Source: Tubiluchus corallicola
Lineage: Eukaryota; Animalia; Priapulida
Length of the DNA stretch: 64,000 nt
NCBI GenBank assembly: GCA_030141605.1
Contig: JAQGDQ010000050.1
Coordinates: 507,971 to 571,970, forward strand
Reading direction: 5' to 3'
How positions within the stretch are numbered: position 1 is the stretch's first letter; every line of letters starts with the position of its first letter. Shown in pieces: positions 51,721 to 64,000 of the stretch. A model generated the notes under the pieces. The model searched no databases and was not told where the DNA came from. It saw only the letters and a list, made by a program, of their open reading frames with translations. A program made the translations under genes and the position numbers.

Positions 51721-54700
51721 ATGCAAAAGAACTAAAGACAAAAATTGTTGAGTGCTGGGACCAAATACCCCTTATTTAGTCCCATATACCACTGGGACCA
51801 AATGAGAAACTGTATCAGCTGTTGAAGGATTTCTTTCGTCTAGTTTGCACTGAAATTGGTGGACACAGAGTACTACTTGTAAATTTTAAAAATAGTGATA
51901 CAATTTTTTTCCGGCATTTATTTTTTTTGGCTTGTTGATTTAAAATTCCTGTATCTGAGGACAAATCTAAGGAAGTGACCTAAAAATTTTTGTGTTAATA
52001 CATAAAGGTCTGTCGTATCATTGCGAGGTAATTTTCAAACGAACCCATTGTAATAACATGACCAAATCTTCGACACATTTTTGTCCCACTTGATATAAAT
52101 TTCCAAAGGTCCTTCAACGAAGCGTTTTTTCTTTCATGTAATAAAAAGATTAAAAGCTTAGTGTGCTGTTTGCCGTTATACAGGCCTATATATTGTTAAA
52201 AATGTCACATAAATTTCCGTATTAACTAAATATGGATATAATACATATCAGCGTCAGTAAATATTTTATTTTTATACAAACTAAAAATTGAAAAAAAAGT
52301 TCAGTTTACTATTAGTTTTGTTATATAGATCTGTTCAAACTAATAATTGCTACGAATTTTCTCTTTTTTGGTCTATGTATGCATAATGCTTGTAACTCAC
52401 AGCTCTGCAGATGTGCTAACAAATAATATAAAATTGTAGCAACAACTTGTTAATCTTGTCAATCTTTCATATTTTAAACTCTTATTTATTCTCTACTCGT
52501 ACATCAGTATCTCACTAGAAGTATTTTGTAGCTCTTAGAATGCACTGGCATGTAGTTTCAAGCCACCTGCATTATGGTTACATAATACAGCAGGATCTTT
52601 TGCTTTGAAGTTAGCTGGACCTTAGCTGTTTATGCTTATTTGATTTCTCGCGCACTAATTGAATTGACTGAAAATCAGTAAGATGCGTTGTCAGCTCAAC
52701 GTTAATACGTTGAAGTGTACAAAACCACTATATTTTCACGATACGTCTTAGCAAACTGCGCTACTTATTTTTGTTACCGAAAAGGCTTTCATTCGGAAAT
52801 TAATAAAGAAGTTGTTTAGCGTGACTGCTTGAATGCTTTATGTGTACAGCAGCACAGAAAATTTCACTTGTTGCACAGACTCTTTATAAAAAAATGCCAT
52901 GGCTTCATAGTGAGCAATCGGATCACGAGCATAATCTGTTAGGCATGTACACCAAGTAACTACAAACAGAGTAACGGGGAGTTTTTCCCCACTTTTCCAG
53001 TTTTTGGGGGTAACCCTGGAAAATTTAAAAATGTTACGTTTCCGCCATTTCTTCGTGAAATTGGATGCGGTTTCGATGCTGACGTCTACACATGCGTACC
53101 AAGCACATAATAGGCCCGAATTTCGACCTCCCCCCTCCATGTAAGATTTGGAAGTGGTGGCGGATGCACTCCCGAAGAGTACCTGTTTATACATGGATGC
53201 AGGCTGACTCTAACATAAAAAGGCGCCTGTAGGCAGGGAATATAGTAATTCTAAAAATGCTTTCAATTTAATGTAAGAAAAATAAAACTCGTTTGAAAAG
53301 AGATCAAAGCCATAGTAATAACACTATACAGACTAGACTTTGTTTGAAACAACTGAAACATTCTAAAGATGATTCTAAAGGTATCAGTGATGAACTAATT
53401 ACACAATGTTTAAATTACATAATTTGTAAGACTCAGTAGTTTCTGGCCTTAAAACATGAAATCATATTACCACTTACCCAATTTATATCTGTGTTTGTTA
53501 GCTTTTGCAGTAAGTGATAAACTACAAATGATTTTACATGAATAGAGTAAGTGATTTTTAAACAGAAGTCGTGACTCTATTGTAAAATAACGATAAAAAT
53601 ACACTGGCAATATGCAAAACCGGTTCGCATATATGATAATTTATTTGCTTAATTGGCTTTTACAAAGAATCACACAAGTTAGTGAAATACTTCCTTCAGC
53701 TACAGTTCATTAATAGTCAATTTAAAATTAATGACAATGACTACATTTTTGCCAGCTAGTGAAGTGTTTCGTGTGCTGTTCGTATTAAAAGATAGGTACG
53801 ACCATTATAGACCAATGGGCAACCATATCGTAGTTTTCTCAGGTAATTATTATAAACTTACATTTTAATGTATAAATCTCTCCACCAAGAGAAACTCTCA
53901 AGGTAGGGCCAGAGATTTAAATGCCACGCATGCGTAGAGAAATTTCTGTGCAAGTGTAGCTTTTAATTTAAATCTATGGGTATAAAGGTATTATTTTCAG
54001 TCTTTTCTTTGGTGATTAGTTTTATATTCTAGAGCAGGGACGAGCTGGGCCGGATTAACGCATAAGCGAACTAAGCACGTACTTAGGGCACCAAGGCTCA
54101 GGGAGCAACAAGCTGGCAAAAAATACATAGAAGATTTTAATAAGGTATTTTAAAGACCATAAAACTCTTTCACTCTTTAAAATGTGAGGAAGATGGCTAC
54201 AGGAGAATGAGGTACCTTGGCTGGGTTGCTTTTCATATCTTAGCACCACAGCAGGGGCGGATTAAATATTTCATGGGTCTAAAGCTATCAAAAAAAATGA
54301 AGGGTTTAAACTTATTGGCTATGCACAACTACACGTCGAATTGTGCTGTACTGCAGATCCTGCAATTTATTCACTTGGAATATTTCGGCGTAAAATCGCA
54401 TGTATTTAATTAAATATTAGCTTAAAAATAAACTCGTGCACAGCCCAGATTGCCATCAAACTTCTGAGAAACTATTAAAAAGTAGAACTGTTCTTCCGTT
54501 TTATCAACTTGTCAACAGACTTTGGTGTTACTCGTGGCGAACGGAAATGATTTTATTTGTCATGTCTTTTCACTTGGGATAAGGTTAGTCAAAAGGCGAG
54601 TTAGGGTTTATTAATCAAAAATGGCGATTCTAATAATTGGACAACGAAAAATATGCTGCACATGTCCTACTCTTAGAAGTGTCAAATACTTGTGTTTAAA

Positions 54701-55337
54701 TGGCATATGTTTCCAAATGACCAATGCGGCCAAATAGCCTGTGTCCAGAACAGACAGACCAAATGTGTGGGTCTATAGTGAAAAATGACATATTTTATGT
54801 AGAATATTGGCTAATCGCTCAAGCGTTGATAGAAAGAAAAACAAATATACTTGTCTTTATCATGTTAAGTTTATATAATTTTGTTATCCTGTTTACTACA
54901 TAGCATCAAAATTTAGCGCCTAACGCTATATATAGCCTGCATCAATTTTCACTTTTTGTCACCATGTTTTCCCCTATTGGCATGGCAAGTTGGCAACACG
55001 TTAACCACAACATCTGTAACTAAAAGGTCCTAGACCAGGAGTGGCTCGAGCATGCAGTGGGGTCATTTTAAGTTCCTGTTTAACACTGTTCTAGGCAAAA
55101 GGTCACTTATGATACAGACTTACAACTTTACAAGTCCTTAAGAATTTTTATCAAAGATTTCACAGCAGTGACAGCATATCACAATTACATCCTTAATTCA
55201 TCACGGCGCAGTGCATCGAGTCCGCTAATATGGTAACACAGTTACTACTAATTACGTCTAGTACTACATGCTATTTATAGAAAAACAAGTTGCCAGTGTT
55301 TAGGAAAGGTATATAAACTTAAGGAGATACAGATAAA

Positions 55338-55479
55338 GATAGATGGATAGATGGATGGATGGATGGATGGATGGATGGATGGATGGATGGATGGATGGAT
55401 GGATGGATGGATGGGTGGATGGGTGGATGGGTGGATGGATGGATGGATGGATGGATGGATGGATGGATGGATGGATGCG

Positions 55480-55523
<44 letters not shown>

Positions 55524-55540
55524 GCAAGATAGACAGATAG
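55338..55540. repeat. (GATG)n-(GACA)n compound microsatellite
   Basis: Directly visible. Confidence 0.95.
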
Positions 55541-56968
55541 GTAAAATGTTTATATGCATGTAAAAATTGTAGTTAAGAAATGAATAAATTTTCATTTATA
55601 ATTAAAAAGACAATTAATAAACATTAATTGTAAAAACAAACGCAAACAAGATAAAAAATATGCTAACCTCATAAAAGTGCAATACTGATGCAACTTACTG
55701 TTAAAAATATCCAATAAACACATACAGTAAACTATCATTAAAAATCAAATAAAAACTAAAAGAATCTACCCATTCGCCAAAATCACATTACTACCATTTA
55801 CATCTTTGCACTTATGGTACTTTTGAACAAAACTCACAATTTGTTTTGTTCGCCGATAAATGTAAATTATTATTACATTCCATTTAAAAATCTCTACACA
55901 TGGCGCTGCGTATTTTGTCCACCACTACAATCTTGGTCTCAAATCAGTAAATCTGTTAGCCCTACGAGCGATGGTATGTCCCTCTTTTTGAACTACCTGC
56001 GCTCATCCTCGAAGCCACCACACAGATGTTCAGGCTAGCGCCAGTATTTCTGTAATAAACTGCAACTGACGACATTAAAAGTATTTAAAAGTAGGCAAAC
56101 AAAATGGCTAGGAGTGTTGATGGATTATTTAGGTGATCAGACGGTAATGATACGTGTCAGGCGCTATAAACCGATTATTACACCTCCCGGGAATGCAAAT
56201 AGTAGATTTTATATTGGCGTAATGTAGTGCATTATATAGAGTAATGACAGTGAAAGAAGTTTAAGTACACGTAGAAAGGGCAGTAAGTAATTAGCCTCAG
56301 CTTAATGGTGTGTGGATTTGCTGCTCTTGTTAATGATTTTCCAGAAATCGCCCACTTTTGTCGTGTCGTGTACTTTTGCGTTTTTCTTAGAGAATAATGC
56401 GTATTCGTATTATAAGTATTGTGATTATTACATTTAAAATATTTTCAAATTTGTTATGCGCTAAAAAGCGTAGACAGGACCTGTGGGCCACTCAGGGAAT
56501 TTTATTGTAAAAGCAGTGTTGCCGGCCACTAATACCTTATTTTAACATATAGATGACATGATCAAAGAAAAATATTAAAATTTCCTGTTTAGTATCAACT
56601 ACGGGTCAAATGATCGATTTTGTCGGATTTAAACTACATAAAACCTTTAACAAGAGAAATGTTGTCAGTATTTTTTTAAGCACTTTTTATAAGAATATAC
56701 GTATGTATCGCTAATTTTTTGGTTTAGATGTCAATCGAGTTTGTACGATCGCTATTGGCCAACCACAGCCGTCGTTTTAAAACATTAATCTAATAGTCTT
56801 GTAGAAAAAAATCACATCTCGAATGCCACATCCATCAACTCCTACTTTTTTAATTGCAACAGCCACCATTGTGCTACTCATCTACAAGGTAATACACCAC
56901 TAATGCCGCCATCGACTGTTAAACAACAACACGTGAGCTTTCTACGTAATAATAATTATTATTATAAT

Positions 56969-57345
<377 letters not shown>

Positions 57346-57595
57346 GTATATCTCCTTGAAGAGTAATGGTTATATCGACATTATGTTAGCATATTTTCCG
57401 AACTTCTTTCAGTTCACATTAGTGTCAATTTATTTATATCATTTGTGCAGAGAGTAATATGCGTACATCATATGGATGAACCAATAATTAATATATATAT
57501 ATGATTTGCGCTTAATTACATGAGCTGCTATTTACCACCTGAACCTGAGACTTAAATTAGCACAATATTGAACGCTGATACTCTGCGCTTAATAT

Positions 57596-57609
57596 TAGTA
57601 GTATTAGTA

Positions 57610-57699
<90 letters not shown>
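57596..57699. repeat. (GTA)n microsatellite
   Basis: Directly visible. Confidence 0.95.
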
Positions 57700-57867
57700 C
57701 ATGTAGTAATAGCATTTGCCAATGTTTACTCTATTACTTTTGCTTTCTTGGCAATTTCTTTGTTGACACTCAAGTTCAATTTCGATTGCACTCCAGAACA
57801 TCCGTGTACTCGTGAATAAAAAAGATAAAAAAAGTGCCACAGAAAAACAAAAAAATAAATGTTAATA

Positions 57868-58122
57868 CTGGCGAGCCGCACCTCTGGCGAAATGAAAAGT
57901 TTATTAGATATAATTAGGTAATAACATAGCAGAGAAATTTTACTGGTGAGTCGTACTAGTGGCGAACTATACCACCGGGGAACCGTGCCCATAGCGAACA
58001 AAAACAATTTGTTCATGGATAAGGTATTAATGTAGTAGGGAAATTTTAGTGGCGAACCGTACCTCTGGCGAGCTGTACTAGTGGCGAAACAAACTACTGG
58101 CGAACCGTGTCACTGGCGAAGT
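57868..58122. repeat. Degenerate 16-bp-like array (about TGGCGAACCGTACCAC)
   Basis: tggcgaaccgtacctc tggcgagctgtactag tggcgaaac ..., in three clusters. Confidence 0.75.
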
Positions 58123-58559
58123 GATATACAATTCTTGCTGAATATAGCCTCCTATTGCCTGTTAACATAACCCAATATAAAATATCTTTGTGTAAAGACT
58201 GGACTGTTTATTCTTTCAAAAATGTACTAAAGAGAGTAAAGAATTGAATTTAAAAATGACAACGGGACAATGTAAAGTCCGAATACTTATTTGTCCGCGA
58301 AAATATAATATCAATCAATTAAAATACAGTAATCTAGTTAACAAGCCAATTCAATATAATAATAGTGGACGTTTAAAAGACATAAGATACTCTTGAAATG
58401 CATAAAATACGTTGCTGTCCTCAAACACATTTGTATGGTAGACTTTTAGTTTTATGTTTAAAAGCATTAAGCGGCAGAGAACTTTTAACAAACGATGATA
58501 AATTATTCAAAACAACAACGCCTTGATACAATTTGCAAATTTAGCTTATTTCTACATTT

Positions 58560-58870
58560 AGGTTGATGATAATTGTACAAAATGTATAAACGTATAACTG
58601 TATAAAAATGTTTTGGGTTTTTCTTCCCCAACCGTGTTGATCAAGTATGGAATTCCTTACCCAGTTCAGTAAATGACGCAGCTTTGGTCACTGCAGGCAA
58701 TTCTAAACTTTTCAGAAATAGATTGAAGGTTTTGAGTTTTGATAAATGTATTGTGTATTATAATCGTATGTAGCTTTTCTCTTTACGTCTCTGCCTACAT
58801 TCATATTTTATTGTCTTATAGTTATTTTTAATGTATATTTTTAGTCAAGGCGAAATAAAATAAAAATGGA
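58560..58870 (+). mobile_element. CR1-type LINE 3' end
   Basis: FFPNRVDQVWNSLPSSV matches the FF..RV...WNSLP motif, followed by a T-rich 3'UTR and an aataaaataaaa tail. Confidence 0.7.
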
Positions 58871-58899
58871 AAATAAATGAATAACCTTTTCGCTGCCTT

Positions 58900-59280
58900 G
58901 TTTCATAAGCATGTTGGTGTCTATTTGAAATGAAAAATGACTTGAAGATATTTCGTAGTAAATTATTTGCATAACTGCATAAAACAAGCTATTCTATTTA
59001 ACAATATTTACGATCGTCAGAATTTTCATATCTTTGAATAACCTGTTTTGTATGAGATCTTTCATGTGAAAAGTCATTATTCTTCAAATTTCTTCTGAAT
59101 TTTCACTAATCCATATTATCATTATAAGAATTGCCCTATTATACAATTGAACAGTATAGTCAAAATGAGAGTAGGATAGAGCATGATACAAATTTCTTAG
59201 TGTAGTTTTATTTAAAATCTTACTAGCTTTTTCATTACACCAATGACTTTGCTTAGTTTATTACATGTATAATTAATATG
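58900..59280 (-). mobile_element. L2/Crack-group LINE RT remnant
   Basis: Minus strand reads HINYTCNKLSKVIGVM, KASKILNKTTLRNLYHALSYSHFDY, KIQKK and RSHTKQVFKDMKILTI. Confidence 0.75.
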
Positions 59281-60384
59281 ACTTATCCGTGATAATTTTT
59301 ATGCAGCGTATCGTAAGTACTGAATATTATATTACAAAACAGCTGCACTTTACGAATATACCCGCCATAATGTGTCAATTAATTCCCTGGTAATCCACCA
59401 AGTAAGGACTAGCTATTAATTAATCGTTACATTCATTACTGCACACGTGAGCCTGTATTTATGATATATCTGCTCCTGATAAGCCTATACGATGCAGTGA
59501 ATCAGTCTGTAGAACGTTCATTTCTGGCCCTTATTTTATTCATTGCATGCAGCGTAATCGTCTTACAAGTTAATCTCTCTACTTAATACAGCTGTAATCG
59601 AGTGTGTTGACACACCACGTCCCTGCTCAGCTATACAGACAGCAGTTTATTTAGGTATCTTTGACGACAGACATTTTTTATGTTCCTGCCTCCTGTGCCG
59701 CAGTAATAAGTACGGTACTTAATTATTAATTAATGCTTCGTGCAATGCCGATGATTGTCACTATCAGTTACTTATAAAGGAACGCGCACTTAAGATGTGC
59801 TACGGCACCACATCTAGAAAAATTTTAAAAAATGAAAATATTAGAAATTTTATCGTCGAACTGCCTGCCAGTGATTTGTAAACGTCAATTTTAAAACTCC
59901 TCAGCTATAATTGCCGTGTGTGCTGTGACATTTCGCTGAATTTTTTAGTTCATTTCGAGATAACATGTCTTATAAATAGGTCTATACAAAACTTGCAGAT
60001 TTTAATCAATTAGCTGAAATATGAGCACCTACTTTTTATGTTTTTTTGAATACATTTTTCTGTAAAAGTCAATTGAACACTTGAATTTCTAGTTGTTATT
60101 TGAACAGTGCCATTACTTATAGTCTTATGTAATTCTCATACGCTGACATCTACAGGTCCTATTACTCGTAATTTAAATTGGAACTACTATAAGTAGGACC
60201 ATATTGTTTTTGATAGTACGTTTATGGAAGCTACCATTCAAGTTTAAATAAAATCTGCAATCTGAATTTTAATTTAAATTCTGCGTTATATACAGTCTTC
60301 ATATAGTACCGTTATGCAAAGGCAAAATAACAATATTAATCATACTTTGAATGTTGATTAAAAATAAAGATTAAAGATTAATTA

Positions 60385-60604
<220 letters not shown>

Positions 60605-61669
60605 AAATTCTTTTCTATATAGAATTTTTGCGCTGCATGTCCAGTTTTGGTGCAGGTCACTGAACTATTGTAATTGCGGATGGCGGGCCTTCAACAATAA
60701 GAGATGTTTTTAATACGTATCCAACTTAGCTGCCTGTAAAATTTAGTTCCTTGATTAAATATTGCACAGCCAAAAATAGAAAGCTTAGTAAACCACAGAA
60801 CTTAATTTAAGTCTAAATAATTTTACTGTATTTTTCTCCTAAAGTTAGTTCTCAAGTGCATCATACAAATATGAAACTGTATGTTCATATAAAAAGTTTA
60901 ATTTCAGTGTCACTTATTTTGACAATTGGTTCTGGCTTGCTAGAATAAGCCTCTGTTTTATTTGTGTCTTTTTTTGCTTTGGTGTTTTAAATATTTGTAG
61001 AATCGCCCCCACATATATGTCGTAATTCCGGTGGAAAATGTCGGCCGGATTTCTGATTACTTTTTCGGTAGAGCTGCGCCAATTTATCAATGAAGGAAGC
61101 CGCAGCTAATAAGAGGGCAAAGTTGATACAATTGATGATTAGTTTGATCGGGATGTATCTCTGAGTGGAGTCTGCGGATTTACTTTTCAATAATTTGATC
61201 AGATCGCAACGCAGCGTAATAAACAGAATTTCCTGGCAATCACGGCTTCAGGCACTGATATTAGAAAACGTATTCAATTAACTGCGGAAATTTGCTCATT
61301 ATTATGACGATTCGTTAGATTAGACATATCAAGACGAGATGTAGCAGTATTTTGATCACTGCTTTAGAGTATACAGGCTCAGTACATGCCTGCCGTGGCT
61401 TTGTTAGGCCTTTTCGGCTTTCACAAGATTTACGGACTAGCTACGCAACTGACAAAACAGGAATATATTGTTATTTATATATGATTTAATCGTTATTTTT
61501 ATTATAACTTTAGATGCAACATGTGACAGCAGGTAAACTATTTATATTTCGACAACGTTAGTAAAATCGAACAAAAATTCAAACGCGATCATAAATAAAA
61601 AATACACAACTTTTGGTAAATATTGTGCCTAGGCTTTCGTGAGATATTCGAGCGAGATGTTTTAAGAAG

Positions 61670-61810
61670 GTGGCCCATGCTCAGTATAATAATTATTGTC
61701 ATTATATCGACTATTATATTAATGGAATTTTCGGGTGCAGTCCAATATACCCACAGTATTGTCAATTCTATTGTTGAAAGTCGCCTGCAGCCCATCATTA
61801 TAACAGACAA
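61670..61810 (-). mobile_element. Harbinger/ISL2EU (DDE_Tnp_4) transposase fragment
   Basis: Minus strand reads NTVGILDCT/ENSI with a +1 frameshift, resembling the first catalytic-D motif G.IDCTE. Confidence 0.4.
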
Positions 61811-62889
61811 TATAATTGAAAAAATAACTCATCGAGTGTTTTCAACCTTTCTTTTTTGAGGTTTCTTTCCACATCACGATTATCCTAAGATACAAACTTA
61901 AAATTCGTTATTTATTAGAAAAGCTCATTTGCTATTATATAAGATTTACTATCTTACGTGAACTTATATGCCTAGACGACTCACGTCAAAACTCGATAAA
62001 CATTTGTAACATAAACTTTGAAGAGCATTCATTAATGTTACTCTGACTTATACACAATACATGATTAAAGGTTCTAACATTAGTAAAAAAGAGTTATTGA
62101 ATAATAATTGCATTAGCGTAAGCCCATCTTAAAACAGCAGACATTGTTTTGAAAAATCTGAAACAAAGTCGTACATTTTATTACTGGTATTTTGTTTATT
62201 TTAAAGATGCTTTAAATAAACTCTCCTTATACTCATTTCTTGATTATTAGTCCATTAAACTAATTTCTTTAATGAATTTTGTTGTTTATGTTTTATTTTA
62301 TTTAGTTCTCTTTTGCTTTTTAAGTGCTACTCTGGCTTGTGAGCTTAAAATGCAAATAAAGTGGTGTATTATGATGAGTAACGATTATGAATAGCGATAT
62401 TTTAGTAGACCAGCTTTTACTACATTCCCAAATTACAACTAAAACAACGCTTCAATATAAACTCCAGCCTATGGGTTTAATTTAGCATAGCGGGTGGCAA
62501 GTGAAGAAATAATTTTCCGTCTTCAGCAATATTGAATGAATCCATGTTATTTAACGCACTATAGAGAACATCTTAATTATCAACTGTAATCCGATCAGCT
62601 CCCTCAAACAACTGCCCTGATTGTAAAGTGCGCGGAATACAAATGTGCGCGCCTCATTAATGACAATAATAACTAAACTTTCGGGATTAACCTTATAAAC
62701 TGCAGCTGCTGCCACTGCCCAAATTTAATCAAGAATAGCTAGAAACTGATTCTCTGCTGCCTACAGGCATCTCCAACTAGCATGGCTTAATTCTGAACTG
62801 ATATACAGTTAGAACATTATTCTGTGGGAACAATTTAGCGAAAAATATGCGTTGCGTGATCATTGAGATGAAGATTTATACCTTTAGAT

Positions 62890-63670
62890 GTCTAACACTT
62901 GTAGAGAGAGACCTATCTCTTGTAGGAGCTATAACTTTTAAAAAAACTTACCATTTCTTGAAACTAATTACTTGCAGAAACTTATCGTATGTCGAAACAT
63001 ACGGTTATGGAGAGTACTACAAACCTATCACTTGTAAAATGTTTTCCTTTGTTGTAGAGACCTATTACCTGCAGAAACCTGTCACTTGTTGAGATCTATA
63101 GTTTTTAGAGGTTATCATTTGTAGAGACATATTACTAAATCTTGTAGGAACCTATCTCTTGTCAAAACATGTCAGTTGTACAGACCTATCACTTGTAGAG
63201 ACCTATCACTTGTAGAAACCTATCACTTGCTGAGATCTGTAGTTTGTAAAGGTCATCACTTGTAGAGACCTATCACTTGTAGAGACCTTTCACTTGTAGA
63301 GACCTATCACTTGTAGAAACCTATCACTAGTAGAAACCTATCACTTGCTGAGATCTGTAGTTTGTAAAGGTCATCACTTGTAGAGGCCTTTCACTTGTAG
63401 AAACCTATCACTAGTAGAAACCTATCACTTGCTGAGATCTGTAGTTTGTAAAGGTCATCACTTGTAGAGACCTATCACTTGCAGAAACATATAAAACTAT
63501 CCGTTACAAGTGATGAATTCAAGCATGGGTGCCTGGAAAGCAATAAGCTTGTGTTCGAGTCCCAGTGGAGGTACAAACCTTTTCAGACTATAAAATTTAG
63601 TATTGCTTTCGTGCATTTATTAGATTATGGAGACCTATCATTTATAGAAATCAATCACTTGTACAGACCT
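62890..63670. repeat. 17-bp minisatellite (GTAGAGACCTATCACTT) with higher-order structure
   Basis: Homogeneous core at 63177-63480 with degenerate flanks. The variant pair gctgagatctgtagttt-gtaaaggtcatcactt recurs three times. Confidence 0.9.
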
Positions 63671-64000
63671 AACAATTATAGAGTCCTAGAACTTTTAGAT
63701 CCTTTCCATCGCAATCAGTTTGCTATGTTTCCAAGTTTTTCATGTTTCAGTAATTCTGCACATACGGTAAAAAATGTGCATTAGTCAATCAGTCAGTCAT
63801 TCAATCACTCAGTCGGTTGGTCAGTCATGAATGTTGTCTGTTGTCGCACGCTCTCTCTTGCTTACTATACGTTATACATACATTATACGCATAATAAATT
63901 TGTGAGTTTTGTTTTAAAATGTATTGCTGCCAAATTTCCAATTTGGAAGCATAAATCTTTGTTTGAAATTGCGCTAATTTATTGTGTCTTTCATTGCTAA

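Noticed and set aside
63177-63480. CRISPR-like regular repeats (also 12214-13170 and 18219-18440)
   Set aside because: There are no unique spacers and no cas genes, and the context is eukaryotic.

Overview
AT-rich, microsatellite- and transposon-laden animal (invertebrate-like) genomic DNA; the species cannot be determined from the sequence. Three host genes are well supported. (1) A four-exon prepro-neurotrophin (NGF/BDNF-type cystine knot) gene on the + strand, 19782-24293, which the ORF track shows only in pieces. Its third knot cysteine is replaced by Ser, and it has KK rather than a KR/RxKR site before the mature domain. (2, 3) Two tandem class A peptide GPCRs of the FMRFamide-receptor-like group with intronless coding regions (34824-35870, 39721-40761). 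A possible first coding exon of a fourth gene lies at about 50494, behind a CCAAT/CRE promoter-like region. The rest is decayed LINEs (CR1/L2-group), DNA transposon remnants (pogo, Tc1/mariner, Harbinger/ISL2EU, Kolobok-like, a Ulp1-bearing element), foldback MITEs, a ~700-bp-arm inverted repeat, several unrelated ~15-bp-period arrays and many microsatellites. Most ORFs in the supplied track are spurious. All assignments come from manual translation and motif recall, not database searches.
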